NCBI GenBank assembly: GCA_965140585.1
Contig: OZ223264.1
Span: 352,001-416,000 of the forward strand
DNA from: Spirochaetia bacterium
GTDB taxonomy: Bacteria; Spirochaetota; Spirochaetia; UBA9216
Length of the DNA stretch: 64,000 nucleotides
Reading direction: 5' to 3'
Shown here in pieces: positions 9,745 through 19,732 of the stretch. Under the pieces are notes generated by a model. That model saw only the letters and a program-made list of their open reading frames with translations. It made no database searches and had not been told where the DNA came from. The position numbers were made by a program, and so were the translations under genes. Position 1 is the first letter of the stretch, and the number at the start of each line of letters is the position of its first letter.

Positions 9745-10386
9745 ATGATAAAATTAAACAAATTGAATCTGATTGTATTTCTGGTACTTGCGATGCTGGT
9801 AGCAGTTTCATTGCCTGTATTTTCAATGGGAAAGGCCGATGTTGTTCCCTACGGGATTACCCTGGAAGAAGGTTTCGGTGATATAGCTGCACAGCTTGAT
9901 TCAGGAGAGATTAGCCTTGAAGAAGCAATTGCAGCCCTGCATGATCTCAGAACCTCAAATGGAAGGGAGAACAATCCGGAATACGGAGAAATGGAAAGAA
10001 TTCTGGCAGCAGTTATGGAACAGACAATGACCATGGCACAGGCTAGACTTCAGGTTTGTCAGCTTGATGAAGCGGCCGTAGACTGCACCGGTGATCAGCT
10101 TCAGGATAGACTGCGCGACAGACAGAAAGATCTTGACCAGGAGCCTGATCAGGATAAAACACAGGCCAGGGATCGGGACAAGACTCAGGACCCGGATGCG
10201 GAAGCAGACCAGCTGAAAGATCAGGATCAGGATCAGCTTAGGGATCGAGTTGATGAGCCGGATCAGGACAGGGAGCGTGACCGGGATCAGGATGGAGACT
10301 GCGATAACGACTGTGATGGCGATGGTGACCAGACTCAGACCCAGACAAACGCAGGCGGTTCAGGTGCCGGTGCCGGTAAAAAATAA
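9745..10386 (+). CDS. Secreted hypothetical protein with D/Q/R-rich low-complexity tail
   Basis: SD AGGAGG; signal peptide ending VFS-MGKAD; helical domain, then DQDRDR-type repeats. Confidence 0.8.
   Translation: MIKLNKLNLIVFLVLAMLVAVSLPVFSMGKADVVPYGITLEEGFGDIAAQLDSGEISLEEAIAALHDLRTSNGRENNPEYGEMERILAAVMEQTMTMAQARLQVCQLDEAAVDCTGDQLQDRLRDRQKDLDQEPDQDKTQARDRDKTQDPDAEADQLKDQDQDQLRDRVDEPDQDRERDRDQDGDCDNDCDGDGDQTQTQTNAGGSGAGAGKK
10090..10350 (+). repeat. Degenerate coding repeats (DQLQDR/DQDKTQ/DQDRER)
   Basis: Recurrent GATCAGGA(T/C) units in the DNA, e.g. gatcaggatcaggatcag near 10219-10236. Confidence 0.65.
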
Positions 10387-10419
10387 TAAAATAAAGCCGT
10401 GATAGTGGTGTATAATTAG

Positions 10420-11265
10420 ATGATGAAGTCCTGTGGTTTTAAAATTAAGCTTTCCCTTGCAGTAATGGTGCTGATAATTCCGCTGACTGTGTACGCAGGG
10501 GGAAACGCCGAAAAGAATGAAAACTACAGGACTGAACTTGCAAATGTTTTTAATGAAACTGTTGCCGGAATTTACAATGATGAAATCAGTCTGTCGGACG
10601 GTCATGAAGAGCTGAAAACTCTGCGCTCAAGATATGATATAAGCTATACAGATGAGGCCGGAGTGATGGACTCGATGCTCGACAGGGTGTATGAGGGCAC
10701 AATGTCTCCGGCAGAAACAAAGTATTATTTCAGTCTTATGCAGGAGAAAAAACTTTCGGAATACAGAACACTTTCATATCAAAAGCGCTTTTACCTGCAT
10801 CAGAACGAACTTATGGGACTGATGCAGTCGATCATTGCTGATTCTTCTTCAGATTCGGTTTCAGTTTCGGTACTTCGAAATACCATGAATAATTATTATG
10901 ATTTTTTCGGGCTTCGCTTCGGTGAAGAATACCGTTCATTAAATAAACTGCTCATCATGTTTGAAGATGGAGAGCTTTCCATTGAGGGGCTTAAAGATGA
11001 ACTTGCAACTCTTGGAAAGGAAACTCCTGAATCTGACTCTGCAGATTCGGCATCAATCTCCGCCGGCTTTGAATATAAAACCGGAACTGCCGCTTCATCA
11101 TCGGAAAGCAGCGGAAGCGGTTCAGCAGCTACGGGAACCTCTGAAAGTTCCGGAAGTTCGAACGCCCAGTCAGGCAGCAGTTCTTCACAGGCGGATTCTG
11201 CACAGTCAGGTTCATCTGAAAACTCAGGTGGACAGGGCGCCCCTAAAAGATCATTAAAAAATTAA
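10420..11265 (+). CDS. Secreted hypothetical protein, paralogous to the 9745 gene, with Ser/Gly-rich tail
   Basis: Signal peptide ending VYA-GGNAE; two copies of the helical domain seen once in the upstream protein. Confidence 0.8.
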   Translation: MMKSCGFKIKLSLAVMVLIIPLTVYAGGNAEKNENYRTELANVFNETVAGIYNDEISLSDGHEELKTLRSRYDISYTDEAGVMDSMLDRVYEGTMSPAETKYYFSLMQEKKLSEYRTLSYQKRFYLHQNELMGLMQSIIADSSSDSVSVSVLRNTMNNYYDFFGLRFGEEYRSLNKLLIMFEDGELSIEGLKDELATLGKETPESDSADSASISAGFEYKTGTAASSSESSGSGSAATGTSESSGSSNAQSGSSSSQADSAQSGSSENSGGQGAPKRSLKN

Positions 11266-11282
11266 AGCAGGTTTTCGAAGGA

Positions 11283-11960
11283 TTGGATGTAAAAATACTT
11301 GTTGTTGAAGATGAAGTGCGCAGTGCCCGGTGGCTTAAAGTCTATCTTGAAAAAGCAGGCTATATAGTTGAGCTTGCTTTTGACGGAATCACGGGTCTCG
11401 AAGCTGCAAGAAAAATATCGCCAAACCTGATTATTCTCGATCTCATGCTTCCGAAAATGAGCGGATCGGAGGTCTGCAGGATACTTAGAACTGAATCCGA
11501 TGTGCCTGTGATCATGCTGACGGCCAAGGGGGGCCGTGAGGACCGCATTGAAGGCTTCGGAGACGGTGCGGATGATTACATTATAAAACCCTATGATATT
11601 GATGAAGTGATTGCCAGGGTAAAGGCTGTTCTTCGAAGAACCTCTGCAGATTCGGTAAGGGTATTAGGCTGCGGAAGGCTTTCACTGGATATACAGAAGG
11701 AACTGGCTTTTGTAGATGATATAGAAGTTAAGCTGAGTCATGCACAGTTTTTAATACTGTGTGCATTTATGAAAAATCAGGATGCAGTCCTGTCCAGAAG
11801 CCAGCTGATCGAGCTCGCCTTTGATCAGGACTTTGATTCCTATGAGCGTTCAATCGACACTCATATAAGAAGACTGCGGAAGCTTATTAACCGTGAAGGC
11901 TTTGAACCGATACAGACAGTTTATGGGGGGGGGTACCGGCTGACATGCGTATCTTCCTGA
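11283..11960 (+). CDS. OmpR/PhoB family response regulator
   Basis: VVEDE, LDLMLP, MLTAK, GADDYIIKPY, ERSIDTHIRRLRK, TVYGGGY. Confidence 0.95.
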   Translation: MDVKILVVEDEVRSARWLKVYLEKAGYIVELAFDGITGLEAARKISPNLIILDLMLPKMSGSEVCRILRTESDVPVIMLTAKGGREDRIEGFGDGADDYIIKPYDIDEVIARVKAVLRRTSADSVRVLGCGRLSLDIQKELAFVDDIEVKLSHAQFLILCAFMKNQDAVLSRSQLIELAFDQDFDSYERSIDTHIRRLRKLINREGFEPIQTVYGGGYRLTCVSS

Positions 11961-13318
11961 AATCGATCTACTTCCGTGTTTTTTCCTCTTTTCTGCTAAT
12001 CATTGTATTTTCTCTGGCCGTGAGCACTGCAATTGAATACCGTCTGTATGCCTCTGAACTTCCTGTCCTTTTCACTGAAATTCAGTCCATCGCTGCAGCC
12101 GGGCAGATCAGTTCGATTTATACCAGGAATAACAGCTGGAACGGGATGGTTATGGAAATTCAGCGCTTAAGCAATCTTGAGAGCCTGAATACCGATGAGG
12201 GTGCTGTTATCAGGATGGTGGTAAGAGATGCTGATGACCGAACTGTATACAACAGCTTTTCGAATATCCTTAACATAGAAGATAATGTTCTGCTGGAAGG
12301 AGAGTCTCAGCCGGTGGTTAATTATACAGACGGCAGGGCTGTCGGTTCAGTAACCCTCTACATCGGCGAAGCCTATATCAATATGCATGTCCGCGATTAC
12401 GTCTCCGCCTTGCTTAAAGCCGCAGTGTACAGAGGGCTGATTACTGCAGTGCTGGCAGCGTTGATCAGCCTGCTTATATCACGCAGAATTACCGATCCAG
12501 TAATCAGTCTTACATCAGCAGCCGTTAAGATTTCAGAGGGCGGCAGCGATATTGAGACAGGCAGTGTTAACGATGATGAAATTGGCCGCCTTAGCCGGGC
12601 GTTTAAAAAAATGGTAGCAAATCTCAACAGTCAGCGTGAATCAAGACGCAGCCTCCTTGCAGATATTTCCCATGAAATAAATACACCGCTTAACGCCATC
12701 AAGCTTGAGGCCAGGGCCCTTTCGGACGGACTTGTAACTGCTGAAGATGCCGGAGCGCAGATTATTGACGAAGTAGATTCACTTCGGAATGTAATTTACG
12801 ATCTCGACTGGCTCGCCGAATCTGACTCCGGATCCTACACTCTTAAGCGTGTGACTTTTGATGTCGCAGAAATGATTCGGGTTGAGGCGGATCGATGGCA
12901 ATACAAGGCTGAAACAACCAATATCAGTATAGAACCGGATATAAAAGACGTGCATAGTCTTGCTGTGTTTGCTGATCCTGTAAGACTTGGTTCGGCAATA
13001 TCCAACCTGATCGATAATGCGGTTAAGTACTCTCCGCCCGGCAGCCGGGTGAAAATTTCAGTAACAGAAAATGCCGGAAACATAAATATCAGTGTCTGTG
13101 ATGAGGGTGTTCCGATACCTGAAGAGTACAGGCCGCTTCTTTTTACCAGAGGCTTCCGTGTTCCCTCTGCTGGTGTTGACCGCAGAAAAGGCGGGCGGGG
13201 GCTTGGACTTGCGATAGCCTCAGAGATAGCCCGTATGCACGGGGGAGAACTTATTCTTGAGTGCGGTGAAACGTCTGGAAACTGTTTCAGCCTGACTCTC
13301 CCGTCCGGCAGAACTTGA
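11945..13318 (+). CDS. HAMP-containing sensor histidine kinase (BaeS-like)
   Basis: Two TM, HAMP (DEIGRLSRAFKKM), H-box SHEINTPL, N-box NLIDNAVKY, G2 GRGLGL. Confidence 0.93.
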   Translation: MRIFLKSIYFRVFSSFLLIIVFSLAVSTAIEYRLYASELPVLFTEIQSIAAAGQISSIYTRNNSWNGMVMEIQRLSNLESLNTDEGAVIRMVVRDADDRTVYNSFSNILNIEDNVLLEGESQPVVNYTDGRAVGSVTLYIGEAYINMHVRDYVSALLKAAVYRGLITAVLAALISLLISRRITDPVISLTSAAVKISEGGSDIETGSVNDDEIGRLSRAFKKMVANLNSQRESRRSLLADISHEINTPLNAIKLEARALSDGLVTAEDAGAQIIDEVDSLRNVIYDLDWLAESDSGSYTLKRVTFDVAEMIRVEADRWQYKAETTNISIEPDIKDVHSLAVFADPVRLGSAISNLIDNAVKYSPPGSRVKISVTENAGNINISVCDEGVPIPEEYRPLLFTRGFRVPSAGVDRRKGGRGLGLAIASEIARMHGGELILECGETSGNCFSLTLPSGRT

Positions 13319-13396
13319 TATCCTGGGAACTCTGTTTGAAATATCCGGCTAAGGGGCTTATAATTAATTTATAAGGTGTGTTTTAAGGGGGGAGAC

Positions 13397-14251
13397 ATGA
13401 TATCTGTTAAAAACCTGTCACATTCCTACAGTAACGATGAAAAATATGCTGTAAACAATATCAGCTTTGAGGTTGCAGACGGCGAAACCTTTGGTTTTCT
13501 CGGTCCGTCCGGAGCCGGGAAATCAACCACTCAGGGGGTTCTGACGGGGCTTTTGAAACTTCAGTCCGGTGAAGTGACCGTTTCCGGTTTTGATCTGAAG
13601 AAAGTGCATAATGAACGCTTCAATGATATCGGCGTCTCATTTGAGCAGTCAAACGTATACAGCAAGCTTACCGCAAAAGAAAATCTCGATTATTACGCCA
13701 AACTTTTCGATGTACCTACCCGTGATTCGATGGAGCTTTTAAAAATGGTCGGTCTGGATGGGAAAGAGAACGTGAGAGCGGGCGATTTTTCGAAGGGAAT
13801 GAAGCACCGTCTTACCTTTGCACGGTCTATGATAAACAATCCGAAGCTGTGGTTTCTTGATGAACCGACAACCGGTCTTGATCCTGCAATTGCTGCATCC
13901 ATCAAGGATATAATCAGGACCCGATCTTCGGAGGGCGTAACCTCCTTTCTTACGACTCATAACATGTACATTGCTGACGAGCTCTGCGACCGCGTTGCCT
14001 TTATAATTGACGGTGAGATTAAACTGATCGATACGCCTAAAAATCTGAAAATTCAATACGGTAAAAAACTCATCGAAATAGAGTATATCGAGAACGGTAA
14101 GGTCATTAAGGATACGCTTAAGACGGTTACTGAAGAAGACCGTAAAAAAATAGCAGAAATTATACAGAATCATGATATTCAGACCATGCATTCAAAGGAA
14201 GCTACGCTGGAAGAAATATTCATCCAGGTTACTGGAAGGGAGCTTGTCTGA
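13397..14251 (+). CDS. ABC exporter ATP-binding protein
   Basis: GPSGAGKST, FSKGMK signature variant, FLDEPT, TTHNM; ATG at 13397 follows SD GGGGGAG. Confidence 0.93.
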   Translation: MISVKNLSHSYSNDEKYAVNNISFEVADGETFGFLGPSGAGKSTTQGVLTGLLKLQSGEVTVSGFDLKKVHNERFNDIGVSFEQSNVYSKLTAKENLDYYAKLFDVPTRDSMELLKMVGLDGKENVRAGDFSKGMKHRLTFARSMINNPKLWFLDEPTTGLDPAIAASIKDIIRTRSSEGVTSFLTTHNMYIADELCDRVAFIIDGEIKLIDTPKNLKIQYGKKLIEIEYIENGKVIKDTLKTVTEEDRKKIAEIIQNHDIQTMHSKEATLEEIFIQVTGRELV

Positions 14252-14252
14252 G

Positions 14253-15440
14253 ATGAAACTGTTAAGCTCGTATTTTAAGGAGATGAAGATCGCAGCCAGG
14301 GGCTTTTATTTCTACATTGAAATAGTTATCGCGGCAATAGTTCTTATAATTCTCCTGTTCGGTGTAAAGGAAAACTCTGTAAGCAGGCAGAAAGAATTCG
14401 TTTACTACGACATGCCTGCGGAGCTTTCGGAATACCTGATACAGAAAGAAATCGACAAGGGAACCTTGAAACTGATTGAACCTGCAGAATTCAAAATGAA
14501 AGCTGTCAGTTTTGATGTTGAAAACATGGAAACCGGTGAAATTGAATCATATGACTTTGAAAAAGAAGTTATATCAGTCGAAACATATGAAGATTATAAT
14601 CCTGATACCGGCGAGCTTGATAAGACGGTTTATATCACCGACAGCGAAGAACTGATGATTCGGCTTGCTTTTCAGGAAAGAACACTCGGAGCGACAGTTG
14701 CGGTAGACAACGCGGGAAAAAGAACATTCCGGTATTATAACCAGGGATATGAAACCGACCGCTATATCAATTTGCTTTACGTCCTGCATAATGAGACTCC
14801 TGATGTTCTAAAGGAAGCAGTTGCCAGGCAGCATGTAACAAAGTTGGACAATGTACATATTTTGAACAATCGCGAAAATCTTGTACCTGTTATGGTAGTT
14901 TTTATGGGTTCGCTGATGGGTTTCTTCATCGTTGTAGCCTATATCTTTCTGGATAAGGCGGAGGGAGTTATAAGGGCTTTTGCTGTAACCCCTTCCTCCG
15001 TATGGAAATATCTTTTTAGCAAAACAATGATCATACTCACAACGGTTCTGATCTCTTCTTCTATAATTACGATTCCGATAATGGGAACCCAGCCGGATTA
15101 TCCTCTGTTTTACCTGCTGCTTCTTATTTCAACTTTCTCTTTTGCTGCTCTTGGACTGCTTATCGCTAGTTTTTTCGATACCATGTCAAAAGCTTTTGGA
15201 ATCCTGTACTTCTTTATGATAGTCCTGATGATTCCGGCGTTCTCATATTTTATTCCCGGATTTGATCCTCTGTGGCTGAGATTTTTTCCGACTTATCCGC
15301 TGCTGCAGAGCATGAAGGAAATCATCATGGCTGAGACTGATACGGTGTTTGTTCTTTTAAATAGCGGGGTTTTTCTTGCCGGAGGTGTGCTTCTTTTTGT
15401 TATTGCCAACTACCGGTTTAAGAAAACACTCACTTTGTAG
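14253..15440 (+). CDS. ABC-2 exporter permease with large extracytoplasmic loop
   Basis: Start reassigned to ATG 14253 just after the ATPase stop; TM-loop-5TM layout; DKAEGVIRAFAVTP motif. Confidence 0.88.
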   Translation: MKLLSSYFKEMKIAARGFYFYIEIVIAAIVLIILLFGVKENSVSRQKEFVYYDMPAELSEYLIQKEIDKGTLKLIEPAEFKMKAVSFDVENMETGEIESYDFEKEVISVETYEDYNPDTGELDKTVYITDSEELMIRLAFQERTLGATVAVDNAGKRTFRYYNQGYETDRYINLLYVLHNETPDVLKEAVARQHVTKLDNVHILNNRENLVPVMVVFMGSLMGFFIVVAYIFLDKAEGVIRAFAVTPSSVWKYLFSKTMIILTTVLISSSIITIPIMGTQPDYPLFYLLLLISTFSFAALGLLIASFFDTMSKAFGILYFFMIVLMIPAFSYFIPGFDPLWLRFFPTYPLLQSMKEIIMAETDTVFVLLNSGVFLAGGVLLFVIANYRFKKTLTL

Positions 15441-15453
15441 TTGAGGAGGCAAC

Positions 15454-16455
15454 ATGCTTAAAAATGCTGTTAAGATATTTCTAAGAGATTTCAAGATAGC
15501 CAGGCGTGATTCCATGGGGATGGTAATCATGATTATGCCTCTTGTCATGGCTGTCGGTATTATCTTTTTTATTCCCGGACTCAATGATACGACTGTAAAT
15601 CTTGCGATGCTTGAATCGGATACTGCTGCACATATTGAATATATGCAGCAGTTCGCAAAGGTCACTGTTTTTGACAGTGAGGATGAACTGCTTAACCGTG
15701 TGAAAAAGCGCGATAATGTAGCCGCAATCATACCGGAAGGCAAGGGTTATGAAATAATTCTTCAGGGTAACGAGCCGGAGATAGTGGGTGAATATGCCAA
15801 AGCCCTCAATGCCCTGTATGAGCTTGGTTCGACGCAAGAGGAAACTACAGCGTCCATGTACTCATTCGGATTCACTGTCTCTCCCGTAAAAACCATGATT
15901 GTAAACATGCTGATATCCATGATAATCATGCTGTCGGGAATGCTGATAGCCATAAGTATAGTGGGTGAAAAAAGCGACAACACAATAAACGCAATTAATG
16001 TTTCGCCGACCTCCCAGACCTCATTTGTGCTTGGTAAAAGCATGATGGGCGGAATGGTTGCCATGTGTCTGATTATCTTTACTCTTATAATTAACGGTTA
16101 CTGGGACATAAACTGGATCATGATAATTCTGACAGCCTTCAGTTCGCTCATTCTTTCTCTGGTTGTCGGATTTGTTCAGGGGCTTGCCAGCGATGATGTT
16201 ATAGAAGCTGCCACAAATGTGAAGATGCTTTTTATTCCGATTGCCGGCTCGATTGCCGGTTACGAGCTCCTTTCTGACAAGTGGCAGTGGACTATGTATT
16301 GGAGTCCTTTTTACTGGGCTTACAAGGCCAACCTTCTTGTGCTTTCCAAAAGCGCTGACTGGCCGACAGTCCTGTTGTGTACGGTTATGGTTTTTGTACT
16401 GTCAATGGCTGTTTATTTTCTTGCCAGACCGAAAATAAGGGCCGGGCTAAGCTGA
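15454..16455 (+). CDS. ABC-2 exporter permease
   Basis: SD GAGGAGG; EKSDNTINAINVSP motif; 6 TM. Confidence 0.88.
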   Translation: MLKNAVKIFLRDFKIARRDSMGMVIMIMPLVMAVGIIFFIPGLNDTTVNLAMLESDTAAHIEYMQQFAKVTVFDSEDELLNRVKKRDNVAAIIPEGKGYEIILQGNEPEIVGEYAKALNALYELGSTQEETTASMYSFGFTVSPVKTMIVNMLISMIIMLSGMLIAISIVGEKSDNTINAINVSPTSQTSFVLGKSMMGGMVAMCLIIFTLIINGYWDINWIMIILTAFSSLILSLVVGFVQGLASDDVIEAATNVKMLFIPIAGSIAGYELLSDKWQWTMYWSPFYWAYKANLLVLSKSADWPTVLLCTVMVFVLSMAVYFLARPKIRAGLS

Positions 16456-16483
16456 ATATATAATTTTTTCAAGGAGGATTTTT

Positions 16484-16708
16484 ATGGCTATAGGATTCTT
16501 ACTAGGCGGAATCGCCTGCATTCTGTATTTCTTCCTGGTTGGAATACTGGGCGGAATCAAGAAGGCGCCCGTACTTCTGAAGCTTGTTAAAATGAAACTT
16601 GGAAAAAACATGGGCGATGAAACCGCAGCTAAAATTTGTCTGATCTTCGGCAGTATTATAGGTGCCGGCGGAATCTTTCTTCTTGTATTCGGTGCTGTTC
16701 GGGGCTGA
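16484..16708 (+). CDS. Small two-TM membrane protein
   Basis: Strong SD AAGGAGG; two hydrophobic helices flanking a Lys-rich loop; last gene of the ABC operon. Confidence 0.75.
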   Translation: MAIGFLLGGIACILYFFLVGILGGIKKAPVLLKLVKMKLGKNMGDETAAKICLIFGSIIGAGGIFLLVFGAVRG

Positions 16709-16741
16709 CCGGGGGTAAGTTCCCGGCCGCCTTTTATCTGT

Positions 16742-17941
16742 CTATGCAGTCTTTTTCTTGCCGGCTGCAATAAAATAGATTGCAGAGCTGGCTACTCCGC
16801 ATATTCCCACTCCGAAGGCCATAGGCAGAAGACTCAAACCGCTGAACGCGCTCATTATTCCCGAGGCTCCGAAGGCTGTAATAAACTGGATGCTTCCGTT
16901 AATGGCCGATGCAGCTCCGGTATTTTTACCATGTCCTCTCAGCGCAAGACTGGTTGAGCCCGGAAGCATCAGTCCCAGATTGAACATGTAGCCTATGATA
17001 GGAAGCAGCAGCACTATCATAGCCGGCTTCGTAAATGAAACTGCTACTGTAAGTACTCCGAATATCAGGGCCAGAACATTTGATACATCAAAGAGCTTTT
17101 CCGGGGCGGTTTTCTTTAGCAGTATTCCGCTTAGAATATTTCCAAGCATTATTGAGACGGCAGTACCTGCAAAGACCAGTCCGTACTGAAATTCGTTTAA
17201 TCCGTACATTTTCATAAAAATAAATGGTGAGGTCGTGACATATGCAAACATACCTGCATTCATTATGTTTCTTGCCAGTGAGATTCTTAGAAATCCGGGA
17301 AATTTCAAGACCTTCCCGTAAGCTTTGAATGAGTCTGCCATAGATGCGTCCGGTCCCGGCTTTGATGTCTCCGGAATCCCGATAACAAAACTTATAAGTA
17401 CCAGAGCACCTGCTCCCAGAAGAACAGCGAATATCCCTCGCCATCCCAGGCTGTCCAGAAGGAAGCTTCCGATTGTCGGCGCAATTATTGGAGCGGTCCC
17501 CAGCACAAGCATCAGAACAGAGAATACCTGTCCTGATTTTCGGTGATCGGTATACAGGTCTGTGACAATAACCTGAGAAATTACCATTCCGGCAGAAGCT
17601 CCTATTGCCTGTGCGAACCTGAAGAATATAAACATGCCAATGCTTTTTGTGTAGGTACATCCTACACCTGCAAGCAGAAAAATCAGGAGTCCTGCAATAA
17701 GCGGTTTTTTTCTTCCGATTTTATCTGAGATTGGTCCATAGAATAACTGTCCCAGTGTTACACCGGCAAAGAATATGGAAATTGACAGCTGCACAAGCGA
17801 TGCTGTGCCTTTAAGATCAATTTCTATGAAAGGAAACGCAGGCAGATACATGTCAATAGAAAGAGGTGTAAGTGCCATTATTGCTCCTCCGATCAATGAT
17901 ACCCTGATGAGTCCCGGCATTCGAGGATTTGTGTTTTTCAT
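16742..17941 (-). CDS. Bcr/CflA family MFS multidrug efflux transporter
   Basis: PLSIDMYLPAFP, GQLFYGPISDKIGRK, APIIAPTIG, PET; 12 TM. Confidence 0.93.
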   Translation of the reverse strand: MKNTNPRMPGLIRVSLIGGAIMALTPLSIDMYLPAFPFIEIDLKGTASLVQLSISIFFAGVTLGQLFYGPISDKIGRKKPLIAGLLIFLLAGVGCTYTKSIGMFIFFRFAQAIGASAGMVISQVIVTDLYTDHRKSGQVFSVLMLVLGTAPIIAPTIGSFLLDSLGWRGIFAVLLGAGALVLISFVIGIPETSKPGPDASMADSFKAYGKVLKFPGFLRISLARNIMNAGMFAYVTTSPFIFMKMYGLNEFQYGLVFAGTAVSIMLGNILSGILLKKTAPEKLFDVSNVLALIFGVLTVAVSFTKPAMIVLLLPIIGYMFNLGLMLPGSTSLALRGHGKNTGAASAINGSIQFITAFGASGIMSAFSGLSLLPMAFGVGICGVASSAIYFIAAGKKKTA

Positions 17942-18045
17942 TTATTTTTCAACCTTCCATGTGTAGAATGTCTGTAATGGTTTACAAAACTACTATGAAT
18001 AATTAGTATAGCAAATCATTAGTAATGTCAATAAAGAGGAGAAAA

Positions 18046-18507
18046 ATGAAAAGGCAGCCAAGAGAATACTGGCTTCAGGCCGGACTTCCACCCTATCCGG
18101 GGTTTGAAGAATTTTTAAGTTTTCAGCTGGATAAACTGGCAGGAAGAATTCATACGGGGATATACAGAGTTCTGGGAGAATACGGGCTCATTCCTCCGCA
18201 GTATACAATAATGCTTGCATTGAAGGATGGTATAGGGGAAAACCAGGTTACGCTTGCAGAGAACCTTGGAATAGACCGTGCTTCAATGGTTAAGTTCGTC
18301 GACGGTCTTGAAAAATCCGGTTATGCTCTAAGACAGATCGGCAGTGACCGGCGTGAACGGATTGTAACAATTACTGCAGAAGGCAAGGCTGCGGTCGATG
18401 AAATTTCGCCAAGGCTTAAGACCTGTGAAAATGAGGCTGTTGCTGTCCTGGGTAAAGAGGATGAGGCAGGGTTCAGGGAGATGGTTTTAAAGCTTGTGAA
18501 GAGCTGA
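18046..18507 (+). CDS. MarR family regulator (divergent from the MFS gene)
   Basis: LGIDRASMVKFVDGLEKSGYALR..DRRERIVTITAEG; ATG 18046 follows SD GAGGAG. Confidence 0.9.
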   Translation: MKRQPREYWLQAGLPPYPGFEEFLSFQLDKLAGRIHTGIYRVLGEYGLIPPQYTIMLALKDGIGENQVTLAENLGIDRASMVKFVDGLEKSGYALRQIGSDRRERIVTITAEGKAAVDEISPRLKTCENEAVAVLGKEDEAGFREMVLKLVKS

Positions 18508-18508
18508 T

Positions 18509-19723
18509 TTACCGGTTTTTCTTGATAGTTTCTGAAAATATTTCTGATGAAAAGATATGATCAAGGATTAGGGTTCCTGAGCCTGTGGGGCCGGACTTGT
18601 CCCTTAATTCGGAAACACAGACTGTGAGCTCATATGTAGCAAGGTGCAGCGAACGCCGTATAACAGCTTCTCTTATTGCACCAACAAAGTGGTTGCCGAA
18701 TCCGGCCAAGCCTCCGCCTATAACTATAAACGACGGATTAAAGAAATTTACAAGTTTAGCGCTTACTTCACCTACAGCAGCACCGGCTTTCTTGATTACC
18801 TGAATGCAGGCAAGATCTCCGGCGATTGCTCCGTTATTGATATCGGCTGCAGTAAGTTTCGGTTTAGTCTGTACCAGCTTTGCAAGGTATTTGCTTTCGC
18901 CTGCCTTACCCATTTCTGTTGCAATTTTTCCAAGAGCCTTTCCTCCGGCTACCGCTTCAAGGCAGCCGATATTTCCGCACTGGCACTGAACATCGCTTCC
19001 ATTTACTGCTATATGCCCGATATCACCCGCGCATCCGTTGGCCCCCCTGTATATCTTGCCGTCGACTATCAGTCCTGAGCCGATACCAGTACCTATCTTA
19101 ATGAACAGAAAGTCAGATTCATTCTGGGTGCATCCTTTGTAGCTTTCACCCAGGGCCATTACGTTTACATCGTTATCAACAAGTACCGGACATCCGAATT
19201 CATTTTCATAAAGGTCCTTAAGCGGGTAGTCATGCCAGAGGGGAACATTCGGCGGCGAGTCAGGTTTTCCTTCCTTGAAGTTTACCGGAAAGGGAAAACC
19301 GATACCGATTCCCCAGAGTCTGTGTATATTATTATTTTCACAAAGCATTTTCAGCTGTCTGATTATTTCTTCATTGGTTGATTCCGGATCGCTGATGCTG
19401 TCAAAGACAAATTCCGACTCGGCTACTATGTGCATATCAAGGCTGAATATTGCCATGCTGAGTTTGGTGATTCCCAGAAAAACGCCTGCGACATGTCCGA
19501 TATTTTCACATATTTTCAGCTTCAGCTTTCTCTGGCTGCTGTCGCAGGGCGCAATCTCTTCAATGAGGCCGAGTTTGATCAGCTTGTTGATCTGGAGTGA
19601 GATTGTTGACTTTGAGACCCCGCTCATTTTGGTTAATCCCATCCTGTTGATTTCACCGGTGGTGCGAATAATGTTGTATATAAGCGATGTTGTATTGGGA
19701 GTTATCAGTTCAGCCTTATTCAT
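18509..19723 (-). CDS. ROK family transcriptional regulator (XylR/NagC-like)
   Basis: N-terminal HTH, DNDVN, GTGIGSG, GDIGH, CQCGNIGCLE. Confidence 0.93.
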   Translation of the reverse strand: MNKAELITPNTTSLIYNIIRTTGEINRMGLTKMSGVSKSTISLQINKLIKLGLIEEIAPCDSSQRKLKLKICENIGHVAGVFLGITKLSMAIFSLDMHIVAESEFVFDSISDPESTNEEIIRQLKMLCENNNIHRLWGIGIGFPFPVNFKEGKPDSPPNVPLWHDYPLKDLYENEFGCPVLVDNDVNVMALGESYKGCTQNESDFLFIKIGTGIGSGLIVDGKIYRGANGCAGDIGHIAVNGSDVQCQCGNIGCLEAVAGGKALGKIATEMGKAGESKYLAKLVQTKPKLTAADINNGAIAGDLACIQVIKKAGAAVGEVSAKLVNFFNPSFIVIGGGLAGFGNHFVGAIREAVIRRSLHLATYELTVCVSELRDKSGPTGSGTLILDHIFSSEIFSETIKKNR

Positions 19724-19732
19724 AATATTGAG

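Noticed and set aside
10090-10350. GATCAGGA repeats as a possible CRISPR or non-coding array
   Set aside because: Short, degenerate, in-frame coding repeats; no spacers or cas genes.
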